64,000 bases of DNA from Lytechinus pictus. Lineage: Eukaryota. The position numbers and the translations under genes are program-made. The notes under the pieces are model-generated. The model was given only the letters and a program-made list of their open reading frames with translations, made no database searches and was not told where the DNA came from. Position 1 is the first letter of the stretch. Each line of letters opens with the position of its first letter. The DNA lies in assembly GCF_037042905.1 (NCBI RefSeq), contig NC_087263.1:11224001-11288000 (forward strand). The letters are read 5' to 3'. Of this stretch, positions 26,321-39,642 are shown in pieces.

Positions 26321-29300
26321 GTTTACTCCAAATATTACCTCCCATCGTTGCGCTTTTAGAGGGTTTGTTACTGCATGGCTGGATGTGAATCAAGCCTTAC
26401 TGGTAGAGACGCCCAATGATGTTTGTTTTCATGTCTGAGTACATCTATTCATCGGACCTTTAGCCCGGAGGTGTGGGGGGGGGGGGGGGCTAACCTCTGA
26501 AATCAGGCTAACGCGATAGAAATTCATTAAGATGTATAAATTCGGTCTGACCTATGACCAATGTGATTACAATGCCGTATATAATTATCAAGGGCATCAT
26601 CAACATTGTTTACAAGCCATTAGTTGGCTTATGTGGTATTAACAGTGATAACTTAAAACATTTTAATAAAACTTGATAATAATATTCTGTATGCACATGA
26701 TAGAGATCTGAAATATAAGGTGAACTGTCTACCCACTTTTCAGTTCATAAGAATGTTATATATTTGCTGTTTCGCATTTTAGTTCTATTGAGGAAAAATG
26801 CAGCGTGCAAGTTAGGCTATACGGAATATGGTGTAGACTCTACCAAACATTATTCAGCATTCAATCATATGCATAGGCTTTACCTGACACCTGTATATGG
26901 CAACACAATTAATAAGCAGTATATTAGTTCATTAGGTCCTATAATTATGTTTGAAAATCATATCTTTTATTCCGTTATACAGTGCTCCCATCAAGATATA
27001 CTGGTATTTATTTGGAAGTCTTCGTAGCTTGGTATTTCTTTTTTTTTCAATTTCCCTTTTAAGTAGGAAGGTACTGCTCTTGGTAAAGATTATTATAATG
27101 CTAGAATTTAAAGGTTTGTTGTTGGTATCTATTGGAATGTACATGTAAAGGTATACATGTATCCAATATGTATTATGTTACACTGAATTTAAAATCATTT
27201 TCATTCATTAGAAAAATGAAAATAACATCGCTGCATGGATCACACTGAAAGAATACATATGTATATAAATAGACAAATAAATAAATAAACAAATATATAT
27301 ATAAAACCCAATAAGTTTCAACAACATCGTCCGAATGAAGAATAAAGTGAAAGGTGTTATTGAAAATCAGCAAAGAAGGACTTGACGGAATAATCACAAT
27401 ACTAAGAATTTGACTTAAAAACGTGCTTTTACGCTCATCATAAAGGTAATATATGATTTAATCATGTATTCTTTTATTAGATATAATTAATGGTAAAAGG
27501 ATAAGTATTTCTTCATATACTGTTATTTATCATGTTTAAACTCTTGGAGAATGGAACCCTTGTTTGTATATTAAGAAACTGCTCTGCTCAATCTGATGTA
27601 TTAGTATTACACCGAGTCCTGGGTTCAACAGACATTGTAGAAACCCGTCTTTCATTGTTTATAGTAAATGGAAGATTGCGTATACCTGGTGCTATGCCAG
27701 GCATGTCACCATAAGGGCTCCTTTCAGAGACAGGTTCTTAGGTATGTGATTGAAAGGGGTATTTAAGACCACCGAGCAGATTAAATACGAGGGAGTTTTA
27801 AGTTCTAGTCCGGAGCCACAAAGCGAGCCAGCCACGCTTGATGCGACAGTGCGCACGCGACAACCTTTCAAAGACCAGATCTAAATGGAGAGAGAAATAA
27901 CAAAACCAGAATGAGAGGTATATACCCCAGGAAAAAAAAGGAGAAAGACGAGCAAAGCAAAAATAGGTGCTATAGAAATTCCCTGCTTTACTAATCTATG
28001 CCTCGGGATGTTTTTGCAAGTCAAACGGGGACAGTGATGGCGGAGTTTTCGTTTCTTTAGTTCTCATTGTTATTCTGTCCCCTCTTTCCAAGTTCAACTT
28101 TATGGGTCTATTGTTCTCTTTTCCTTTTCAAAATATGTCTCTTAACTCATTTGGCCCACTGCTCATACCCCTTTTAGAGTCCAAGACCCGGTTACACATG
28201 ACAATTAAGCATAGTTTTACTAGATAATGTCGATGACTACAATTATAAATTGTTTATGCGCATTTTAGTGTTAAATCATGTTAACATCATATCTTGTAGA
28301 ACAAATACCTCGATCATTGTTTCTTTGTTTGCTTTGCTTACTCCTCCCAGTGTTTTTTTTTTACTGTCTGAATATTTTTTTATGTTATAAGTTATAATGA
28401 ATAATCATGATTTTCTTTTATTGGAGTTCCATGCTGTCTGTGGAAGGGGTGGGGGTGAGGGTGGGGACAATGTTTACATAACATAGAAGTAATTTATTAT
28501 TAAAGTCTAATGAGCTTTTACAAACACCGTGTAATGTAAACATTGTATTAAAAAAATGACCTGAGCGTTCACAGTCCTTGGACTAAGCATGCGTAGAAGG
28601 GTCTTTATTTGAATCTACCGTCCTTTTTGGCACGTGCCTTATTTTCGTAAACTGCAATGGTTGAAATGTGACTAACATTATAAGATGACTTGCTATTGCT
28701 GGCGGTAAATGGGTTAAGAAACAAAATGAGGAAACAAAATAATTCTCCTTCATTTCCTTCTATATCATTACAGGGCAAATCCGTCCAAAGAAGAAGTTAA
28801 TATAAAGAAAATTGCGAAAATATAATGGAAAAAAAATACGCAACAACAATATTGCTCTCTATTTCAAATCGATTTCTTCAAAAACTATTAAAGAAACATC
28901 ATATTATATATATATATACATAATAGAATAGACAATAGAACATGATGGAATGAAATTAAATCATAATACAATGGAATAAATATCATTTTGGGGAACCAAA
29001 AACAAGCTAGAGGTAATCTTACCCGACATGATTAAACGGTTAATAATAAATGAATATAATGTTAAAATAGACAATGCGTAACAAGGATATGAATGTGGCT
29101 CCCAGTTAGCTTTATATAACTATTATAACCCAAGCAACAGTCAGTAAAGGCTTGGAGAATGACCTATATTGCATTAAAGTTTTAAAGTCATTTATCATAA
29201 TTTCAATACATATATATCAATCGATCAATAATTGGTAATTGTAGGTATCACAAAAAATGCCTATTTTTACATTTATGCAGAACAACGCAGTGATATATCG

Positions 29301-29908
29301 TTTTATCCTCCCCATAATTTCATACCTTTATAAAGTTTTGGACGTCACCTTGGACATTAAATTATCGTTTGACTAGACTGTCATAGTGGTATGGTGATGA
29401 TTATTAATGGATACTATTAAATTGATTTCGTAGAAATAGGTCTATTTTATTTCATTTTTTTGTTTGAGTTTGGGCCCAACGAAAGAGAACAATTGAAAGT
29501 CATCCGACCTTCTTTTTAACGATTCCTGTATTTTTTTACATGTAAATTGGTAGATAATTAACTTGTTCAAAAGGCCAAACCGTATGGACACTTTAGTGAT
29601 TGCGTTGAAATCGGTAAATTTACTAAGTTCTTAGAATTAGACTAAACCTTACAGTCCAGTTGCAAATTAACAGATCCCTTGTTTTTTCTTCTTAGAACTT
29701 GTACTGTAAGAAAAATTGACAAATGTGTAGTGGTAAAAGTTAATATTTTGAAAAGCATAACAAAATACAAATGGATTAGTACCGATGCACATGTCATTCA
29801 TTTTGCTCATCTAAAAGCTTAACATTTGCCTCTGTCCAGGAAATAGAGAAGACCAAGTAAACTCTGACTATTCATGTGAAATTTTATTAAGGATTTTAAT
29901 CATGCCTA

Positions 29909-30121
29909 CACTCTAAAAACAAATCAGTCAAATTGACGAGACCAGTAGTCAGCTGGGTGCAACACTGATATGTCTTGTCACATTTCTGACATATATTCTA
30001 GTCATAAATAACTATGTGCAAGTAAAATACAACTCGAAAATAGTCAAATATGACTAGAATAACAGTTGCACCAGCTGACACTATTAACTAGTCATTCTTT
30101 AACTGATTTGTCTTTAGAGTG
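29909..30121. mobile_element. CAC..GTG / TA-duplication MITE
   Basis: TA|cactctaaaaacaaatcagt...actgatttgtctttagagtg|TA. Confidence 0.85.
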
Positions 30122-33084
30122 TATTATCAAGACTATATTGGCATCTTTCTAAAATGTTATTTGTGTACAATTCAGCCAACGGTTGCGACATTCAATTTGA
30201 AATGAACCAATAAAAAATAATGATTAATATTTGACAGGGCTTACAGCGTGTAAAATGAACCTAAAACGTAATTTATCAGATTTAGTAGACAGACTTATCG
30301 ATAATCAATATCTGAGTCTCTGTGCGCATAAAGTATAGATTGAAAATAGTTAAGCTTGCATAATAATAGTGGGACTTTTTGTCTATACGATTTGTAAGAA
30401 TATTGTTTTAAATAGGATGCTGCACTCTACAAGCTCTACTTTTTTAGCAGGCTCCTCCTTTTACAAGCTGTTTGTGTGATAATCCTGACTATATATTACA
30501 CGTAGAAATTATTGTTATATTTTATTGCTTGTTATATCAAGATGTACAATACAAAACATTATATTGTAATCGTTGGAAAGGGAAATAAACAAAATGGAAA
30601 GGAATTGTGAATAATATTAATAATTCTCAACTTATTATGCTTTGAGTATTGCGTCAATGACAATGACGTATAATCTATATAGGAATTGATTTATTTAGAA
30701 TTTGATTCATTTTTTACGTTTATTGAATATTTTCGTCTACTCAAATTTACTGATCAAAACATTCATTCTTCCTTTTCCCTATTTTGTTTTCAATCCTTTC
30801 ATGAATTCTGTGCAACAGGTTCAGCCAAAAAGTGTAATCTTATCGACCCAGACCGGCTCGAATTTCCCCAATTTGTTTTCCGAAGGGGAAAAAGGATGGC
30901 AGTGCGCATGCTTAAATGGATCACTTTCCCTTCCACATACGTATTCATGGGTGAAAGAATATCTGTTAGCTGGAAGCAACGGCCCATCTATTGTTGAATC
31001 GGAGTGGTTGTTAAAAGTATGGAAATGGAAAACAAATTTGGATGGGAAGGGGGGACGGTAGAAAGGAAAAAATGGTATATTCCTTCTACGAATCGGTTCA
31101 TAAAGACCAGGTTCCTTGGAAAATACAGCAATGGCAATAAGCATGATAAAAACATATCATGTAAAGCAAACTGACCATCCTTTCCTCATCTTCCAAACGC
31201 TCAACAAGTTTGAAAATTGTTTTTTTTTCTTTCTATAGTCCTTTACTTTCCGAAATTAAAGGAATGCAAATTAACTTTGCTATTGAGTAATCCCAGAGTG
31301 ATTTCAGAAATCGCATATGCCTGGATCATTTCTTGCGTTCTTAAAACAACAATTAAAAAAATCTTCTCGCATTAATCGTCCGAAGATAAAATGATAAGAT
31401 TTTATAGGCTCGGGGATTTTTTATATTGGTAACCTATAAAAAGCAACACAAAAAGTAAAAGCGAAGAATTGGTAAAGAAAAAAAAAAGAAACAGAAGAGA
31501 GAAAAAAAAAGAGAAAATGAAGAAAGATTTGCCAGGACAGAAAAGCACCATCCTTCACAAATAAGAGTTTGGAATCAAGCAAAGACTAAAATTTGACACT
31601 TAATAAATCATACCTGTGTTGGATAAAGATTAGACTCCAAACTGTATGTCAGTGCAATATACATACACATATCGTGAATCTAGTCTGATTACTTCAGACT
31701 CTGCATTATGCACTATGAAAATTGCGAAACCATAGGTCTGTGCCTGCAGACTATATAGTGCATCGTGATCTGTCGAGCCAGTTAGCCAGTTTGTAACAAA
31801 GTTTCAATCCAATAAAACACACTAATTCGTACGCGCCGCTTGTCAACATAGAAATGAAATAATCTTTTCTAACATAGGAACTTGTTTAACCTGTTTCTTC
31901 TTCCACTGATGAAGATCAAAGTACTAAGCCATTAATATGGGCAATCATCCATTCTTTGATACGTCTAAATCGACGCCCCCGGACCAACGCCAAATATCCC
32001 ATTATCCACACTGGTATGGCGTCGCGGATCGCTCCTAAATTTGTCCTAACGAGGCCCAAGTTAACATATTTGAAGCCAGTTAATGTACCCCTAGAATTGG
32101 TACAGTTTCTCAAACGCACCCGACTCCAAACCGACCGACGAAATGCCATATCGAAATAACGTAATAGCTTTGATCGGTCTGGAATCGGTTTTGTTAATGT
32201 GACTGGCCAATATTATTATCATGCTTCGCGTGCATAGTATATGATATTAAAATAGGTAAAGTACAGGGTAGCGCATTATAGAAATAGCTCAATTGATGAG
32301 ATGTATCTGGCGATGATTTAAATGGAATTAGTGATTCCGAATATGTAAACGAAATGAAAATATAAGCAAAGTTTGGATTAAGTGAAATTGTCCAATATTT
32401 AAAGATAGACGAATCAATTAAATATTAACATCAAAATATTGTATTTTGTTTAAGTGCCACCATGGTTAATAATCATTTGAAGTTTTATTAAAACGCACCA
32501 TTATTGTATTTTTTGACGTAGAAACCAATCAAATAAAGCAACGAGGGGTTAAAAGGTGAGGGGTGGGTGAATGAATAATGAGTGTAAACGAAATTAACAA
32601 ATGTGTACAATGGATACAGACCTTGCTTTTTCCAACACCACTAATGGTTATCTTTGCAATGTCTAGTAGAAACTCATTTTGGGTCTTATTGGGTAAACAG
32701 GGGTGAATGGTAAGTCCCCGCTGTAAGAACTTCTTTTGGTGTAATTTATTATCCAAAGGACTGGTATGGCCAGAGGCGGAGCTCGTTAGCGCAACAAAAG
32801 ACAAAATGAGGGAAGTCAATTGACTCCTACTTTTATGATCATCAACTTTGGTCTGCCCCTTCCCTAAAACCTCAAGAGCTTTGAACGCCCGCGAGGTGTT
32901 GCCATCATCATGATTTCTTTTTTTCTTTCAGGGGTTTCTGCATTTATTGCATGGGCAAACTGAATTGCAGTACATGACCTAGTATCCACTGGAAAAAGCG
33001 CTATATAAATCCAATTATTATTATTATCATACTATGACATAATAAAGTTCAAAGCCATGTGACAATTTTAGAATATAAGATATG

Positions 33085-33362
33085 TCAATTTATATAGCGC
33101 AGTTAATATGTGCATATACTCAACTGCGATTTGATACTTGGTATCATATTATTACCCCGGTTGTAGCTGAGCCGCCATATTAATAAGCGCTAAAGCGTTC
33201 GTGGAAAAATTCTGCCGGGTACCCATTCACCTCACCTGGGTCAAGTGCAGTACAATGTGGATAAATTTCTTGCCGAAGGAAATTACGCCATGGCTGGGAT
33301 TCGAACCCACGACCCTCTGTTTCAGAGTCCGGAGACTAATCCACTGGGACACAACGCTACAC
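33085..33362 (-). mobile_element. tRNA-derived SINE, family A
   Basis: GGGATTCGAACCC (B box on minus strand), shared core and tail. Confidence 0.85.
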
Positions 33363-34228
33363 TTTAAGTAGAGTGAATATAGAAATGGTAAAATAATGAG
33401 TAATGAATGGAAAAAACTAAACTATTAGCCCAAAAATGCTTGAGACAAAGCAGCATGGTGGAATATGATTGCACATATAGGCCTATACTGTAGGAGATTG
33501 TATGTTAAAAAGGCCAATTGAATTCACAATTCACTTTAAAACTCTGGTAAACCTGTGTTATAAAGAAGTGAATCGGTAAATGTTTGATACCGAGTTGTCA
33601 TCTAACACTCCAAAAGTGTAGTATCAGTTAAATCTGTTTGTTTCGTCCATTAATACTTCGTAAAAATAAAGAATTTTGAATATATCAAGCACTCTTTGTC
33701 GGAAATGTTAGTATTAATTCGTTGATACAGTTGTCACAAATCTGTATTAAAAACATTAATTTTCCATATGCCCTTCAAGAAAGACCATTGGCGCCGCTGC
33801 GCGTGTTTAGGTTTTTTTTTTTTGCAAAAGTGCATCAAGCAGACAGTGAAAGGGAGTATCGATCTACGATGCACGACTGATTGAAGAACGTAGAAAATGT
33901 ATTGCAAACGCCCATCATTGCAAAGATCAACCAAAAAGTCTTTGTCGAATATTGTTGGATCAAACCTCAGTTTCGTCCTGGTCTGTGGACAAACGACATA
34001 TATTTCGCTAGCTCCCCAACCGCTGTTCTGTTATACCAATTTTCGACAAAGACCATCCAGCTTTTCTTTGTCATCGGGCGGGCATTTTTAAAAATTTAGG
34101 CCTACCGTGTACTTAAATTCGTCGGGCATCGAGGAGCGAAAACTGCTATTATTATCTTGCATTTGGGACCCACTTTCAACCTTACCCGAAAGGCCTAAAA
34201 TGCCCAACACAGATCGAATACCTTGCCC

Positions 34229-35453
34229 TGTTACAACCGATAATGTCGCAGCAACGCATAATGTCGCAATTGCGACATTATGCGTTGACTGTGACATTAT
34301 GCGTTGGATGATTTTGGCATAATGTCACAGTCAACGCATAATGTCGTAGCTTAACTTGCTAACGCATAAAGTCGCAAGTCTTCACGCATAATGTCGCATC
34401 GGTATTTTATTCAGGAAGCGAGTTGCAGATAAGATATGTTTTCACTCAGTAATTTGTTCAAGCTCTGTCATCTGAACGTTTTTGAAAGTGTGTTTGGAGG
34501 GACAGGTGCGAATGCAAGGGGGAGCAGTATTAAATTCATTATGATGAAGAGTGGTCCAGAAGAGTGATCCAACTTTTGGGTCCCTGCTGGAGTCATATGT
34601 GTTTCTAAAGCGGGATTTCGCCAAAAGGGGATGAGACGCAAAATTTTTTCATCCATGTTTCCCTGATCGGCCGCTAAAAGCCAATGTTTGCTGTTGGTTT
34701 ATGGAGGGAGCAGTCCCAACTAAAGACCGAAGTTTTAAGTAGTACATTTAATAAGCTTTATTCTTACAAACAAGATATGCTATCTCGCATTGCCTAAATA
34801 GATAATGAGAGCGCGAAGCGCGAGCTCAACGTTTAGGATATTGGATGCATTTCGACCAAAGCAATGAACATTCTCAGCAGTTTTTGGCAGTATAAGATTG
34901 TGCAAGCGCAAATCGCGCGCTAATTTTTTAATATAAGCCTATTGATGGCACATTCCGAGTAACAATACGAAATATAATTATTTTTTTAATGTCATGAACA
35001 ACAATTAAATGTGAAAAAATTTGTATTTAGTTTTCAGCTACATGACCTCACTCTCTTGCAAAATAAGTATAATTGCATGTATAGCGATGTGCACAAATGA
35101 ATGTTGGTATGCGTATACTTGCGTTTCAATAGTCCACATTTTACAATTTTTCAAAGTCCACCCCCTTCTACTGACAATGAATTTGATACTGACCCCCTCC
35201 CCTGCATCCGCACCTGCCCCACCAGACACGCTCTTCAAATGTTCATAGGACTTGCACAAAATAATCAGTGAAAACATATTTTATGTCTTATATTTAACTC
35301 GAGTCCTGAAGCAAATATCGCTGCAACATTATGCGTAAAGACTTGCGACGTTATGCGTTAGTAGAAAAGCTACGACATTATGCGTCGGACGCTCTCGGCA
35401 TAATGTCGCAATCTGCGACATTATGCGCTGCTGTGACATTATCGGTTGTAACA
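34229..35453. mobile_element. TGT..ACA TIR element with 5-bp duplication TGCCC (Ginger2/TDD-like, non-autonomous)
   Basis: TGCCC|tgttacaaccgataatgtcgcagca...tgctgtgacattatcggttgtaaca|TGCCC; subterminal arrays of CGCATAATGTCGCA; LINE-like cargo at about 34420-34680. Confidence 0.85.
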
Positions 35454-35530
35454 TGCCCCTGCCTTGTTTCGAGCCCCTGACTCTTACGTGAGTAGTAAGC
35501 CGTCTAACACCACTTGCGCACCATGCTCGC
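35454..35530 (-). mobile_element. tRNA-like SINE head abutting the TGT..ACA element
   Basis: Minus strand tggtgcgcaagtgg (A box) ... ggctcgaaac (B box-like). Confidence 0.5.
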
Positions 35531-35905
35531 GGTAACAAGTCAGAGCACACTCCAAGATGGTAACGGTTATTTGAATTTTGGCAAACAGGGGGCGCTGTTA
35601 AAATTCATGCCAAGATCCATTGGCTCATCATTTAAAGTACTGGTATTTTCGATTGATTTATTTCGGAGGCAGCCTTGAAAATAAAATAAACGTCATGTTG
35701 TAAGCGAATATCTATACATGTCATATAGGGCTATACTATTTTCAAAATGGAAGAGGTATAATACACCAACAAAAAAATGACCATTGCCATGTGAAAGATT
35801 ATAGTTTAAAAAATGACCATAATAATATTGATAATAAAAACACATTTCCTACAACAGCATAGCCACTGAACATACAATGAACTTTATTTGTCACCCCTTC
35901 CTTAA

Positions 35906-36165
35906 AGGACGGGTTCACCCCAACAAAAAGTTGGTTTGAATAAAAAGAGAACAATCCAAGAAGCATAACACTGAAAAATCCATCAAATCAGATTAAAAAT
36001 ATGAAAGTTATAATATTCTGAAGTTTTGCTTAATTTCACAAAACAGTTATATTCACATCCTGATTGGTACGCAAATGGGAAGACTGATGACACCACTCAC
36101 TCACTTTTTCTTTTGATTTTTCCATTGATAAAAATCATAATTGTTTTCTGGGGTGGACTTGACCT
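35906..36165. mobile_element. Kolobok-like TTAA element (internally deleted)
   Basis: TTAA|aggacgggttcacccca...tggggtggacttgacct|TTAA; same family as 62949-63524. Confidence 0.85.
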
Positions 36166-36169
36166 TTAA

Positions 36170-36583
36170 GCAATGAATGATAAAAGAAATACAAGAAGGA
36201 AAATCTGACAAGCAATACAAAAGTTATGGCTGCTTTAAAATTGAGTCCCCTAAGACTATGCAAATTTACAAATTGGCAACTGGGAAGTAAAATCGGACAA
36301 GGGCCAGGTACTTTATGTAAAATGTCCTCACCAAAAAAATATATAATATGAAGCAAAACTAAAAAAAGAAAGAAGATATTTTAGTCATTTTTTCTTTAAA
36401 GTAGTCCTTGCCTTACATCCCTATGACATCACAAATGGGGATTGTGATAACCGATTTTTACAACTTTACAAAATCCATAACTTTCTAATTGTTTGTCCGA
36501 TATTGTTCAAACTTTCATGTATCAACTTGTGTGATTTTTCTTCTTCCTCTACAAACAACTTTTTATTTGGGTTGGATTCCGCT
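36170..36583. mobile_element. Kolobok-like TTAA element (one end damaged)
   Basis: Ends ttgggttggattccgct|TTAA; inverted homologue of 54703-55292. Confidence 0.75.
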
Positions 36584-36859
36584 TTAAATCAAACCTTGTG
36601 GTCAATGACTCTGGATGAGCTCATTACAGAGCGCCCTCTACTGCCACGTGCATAAAACCTCATTTGAACCTCGTGTAACTACTATAACTACTACTACTAC
36701 AACCGCGGTCACATCAAGATTTCTCAAAATTATTGTTTAATACGGAGCCTACTTCATTTTTTTAAATTTTCCACTGAAGAACTGACTACCGTTCTCTTGT
36801 TTTTTTAAAGGTTTTTTTTATTAATTATTTATGATTATTTCCATTTTTTATTTCATTTT

Positions 36860-37350
36860 TTTGGAGGGGGGGGGGTCCAAATCAAACTTGTGTAAATACC
36901 TTGGGTTATCAAGATATATTTAAGTTTTTTTCAATTATTTCATATTATTAATTTATATAATTTAAACTAATTTTATTAATCATTTCTGCCTTTACTTTTT
37001 TTTCATTATTCTTGTTTATATATTTATTCATTTTATGTTTACATGTATTTCTTTTTGGGAGGGGGGGGGGGCTGGGGAATCAAAATCAAAATTACGTACA
37101 ACTTGGGTCATTAAGATATATGTTATTTGTTATCTATATTTTTTATTACATGTTCATTTCATTTCATATTTTTACTTTTTCTATTCAGTATTATTTCATT
37201 TATTCATTCATTAATTTATTCATTCATTGTATTCTTATTTATTTATCTATTTATTTATGTATTTGTTTATTTATTTCTGCTTTTTTTTTTGGGGGGGGGG
37301 GATAGGGGTCCAAATTGAACTTGTGGATAGGCCTAGGTTTATGAAGATGT
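36860..37350 (+). repeat. Degenerate ~200-230-bp tandem repeat, three conserved heads
   Basis: T-tract/G-tract then ccaaat.aaacttgtg....acct.gg.t..t.aagat.ta at about 36865, 37065 and 37290. Confidence 0.65.
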
Positions 37351-37499
37351 AATGAGAGGCTTGTGTCCGTCAATGGCTCCGAAAGAGCTAGTTGAAGAGC
37401 GCCATCTGCAATATCCAATACTACTTTTATCCTGTTTTCTCCTTCTTTTTGCGCTTTCTTCTTCACATCATTATTTCTTCTTTTCTTCTTCTTCTGCTT

Positions 37500-37506
37500 A
37501 TTCTAT

Positions 37507-37562
<56 letters not shown>

Positions 37563-37605
37563 TTACTACTACTACTACGTTGACTACTACTTCTAGTACT
37601 AATAA
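37500..37605. repeat. (CTA)n microsatellite
   Basis: Direct inspection. Confidence 0.95.
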
Positions 37606-39368
37606 TATTACTTGTATTTTGCCATGCCTAGTAATACTTATGCTACTACTTTTACTCGTTTCCTGCTGAATTGGGCAAAATTAATTTTCGGAGCATTTGT
37701 ATTTCAAATATCTTTTTCGAACAATGAAATGTGTATTTTCATAATATTCATAATTGACATAACGACAAGAATGACATTAAATCGTTGTATTTGTGGCATC
37801 ATTTAAGTTGTATTCATTTTGCAATTAGACAAACATCTGATAACAGAGAGTGGGGTAAAAGGAATAAAAGGGAAACCACAAATTAAAAAAAAGTGCATCT
37901 TAGTTGCGAGACAATTGAAAAAAAAATCTCAAAGAACAATTTTGTTGAAATTTCGTTTTTATTTCAGTAATCATGCATGCCAAACAAAGTTACAGAACAT
38001 TTGTTTTTGGGGAGAGAAAATAATGCAATAAGTAGATTTTTGGCAGTGAAATACAAAGCAGATAATAATATTAACTAATCAAATACCGAGCCAGGACAAG
38101 ACCGAAATTTGTCACTTCTCTCAGAAGCGGCCATCCATGGTTTTTTTTTTTTTTTTTTGGGGGGGGGGCGGGCCAAAGCTGAAGAAAAAAAATCTTCTGC
38201 GCACTCTGCGAGGAAACTATGATATAGATTTGTTTTGTATATTATACTTTAATTTCAAGTTCTAAAAAATATTGGAGGGGGGAAACGATGTGTTTGCCTC
38301 ATATATTCATGGTGGAAATTGCCCGCGCCCCGCCCCATCCTGTATCGACACCTCTGTCTTTTGCATTAGTTTTAATCTCGATTTCACTCCAACACCCCTC
38401 CTTTCCAAAAGCCATGGTGAGCCTTGCTCAGTATCTCTAATAGCGCTTGCCGCCGAATTGTCGACTGAGTTACTTTAGTAGGCTATGTTGAATAACCGTA
38501 ATGATTCAAACGGCCGGGAGCAAACTAGTTCCCTTTTACTCAAAATTAATCATTGAATGAAAAATAAAATCAAGAAAATTCTAGGTCAAATGTACTATCT
38601 ACAACGATAGCGTCTGATCAGCTCGCGAATTTGCTCTTTTTTTGTTTTACACCATAGTAGGAGCATTGTCTTAATCGCGATGAGAAACGAGTCTCATTGT
38701 AGCCACAAAGGTAGTACACATTAACTTTCTGTCGTCTTGTATGAGTGAGATCGAAGTTGAAACTAACGGAACAGAAACAGAAAAAATTACGAATCACCAA
38801 CTAATAAAACGTGCAATTGGAGCAGATACAACATATACACCACACTGGGAGAGGATAGGCGGGGGGAGGGAGGCTCATTGTAAGGTGGATATTGTGCTCG
38901 TAAATGAACTTTCAAAATGGACTCCAAGCAGGTTATCATCCTTCCTTCTTAGAGAATCATCAACAAGTTTTCATCTCCCTGGCAATGGAATACAACCCCT
39001 TTTACATGTTTTTGATTACGAGCATGGACATATGTCCTCTTTGTAAAGACAGTGCCCCGCTACCTGACTTGCACTTGGTAAAAAGACAACAAAAGTACGG
39101 TAGTTTGTTTTGATTTGGGTAAAAAAAGTGGCCCTGGGCGTTGGTTTGGTAGACATCGGCGAGATATTGTTTACTAGGTATTATTTTAATCTCATATTGG
39201 GAATTTTTCACCCTTCCTCCATTTGTATCCTGGCCAAAGTTATACTCTTTAATAAATACTGTATCTATTTACTCACGACAACCCATGCACTAGTTCAGCC
39301 TAACACACCTGAGAAAGAGTCATTATCAAACTGCATTCCACCTCAACTCCACCATTTATAAACCGATA

Positions 39369-39597
39369 CACACTAAAAATGTTGGGCAACATTGTCCACT
39401 GTGTTGGGTAATGTATGTTGGTAACAAGATATATATATTCTTGGAAATTATTAAACAATTGAGCTAATTTATAACCCATTATTAGTAATGTTTTTATTAC
39501 CCAATTGGGCAGATTTTAATCAATAGTTGTGTGGACATCATGTTGCACCAGGGTTGGTTATAAGTTGGTCATTTTTTGCCCAACAATTTTAAGAGTG
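39369..39597. mobile_element. CAC..GTG / TA-duplication MITE, 45 bp beyond the stop codon of the 660-aa ORF
   Basis: Terminal repeats plus TA; inverted homologue of 60096-60323. Confidence 0.85.
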
Positions 39598-39642
39598 TAT
39601 ATCTGCTAATCAAATCTCGTGGAGTGATTTATTGACGAGGCA

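Noticed and set aside
30686..31144. Cluster of overlapping 100-aa ORFs
   Set aside because: No recognisable motif in any frame and no consistent splice pair; cannot be supported as coding.
34240..34400. CRISPR-like short repeat array
   Set aside because: Units occur in both orientations with tiny spacers and form the subterminal arrays of a TIR element; no cas genes; eukaryotic context.
38870..39360. Coding-looking sequence downstream of the 660-aa gene
   Set aside because: Multiple stops in all frames and no family recognised; could be UTR or an old transposon remnant.
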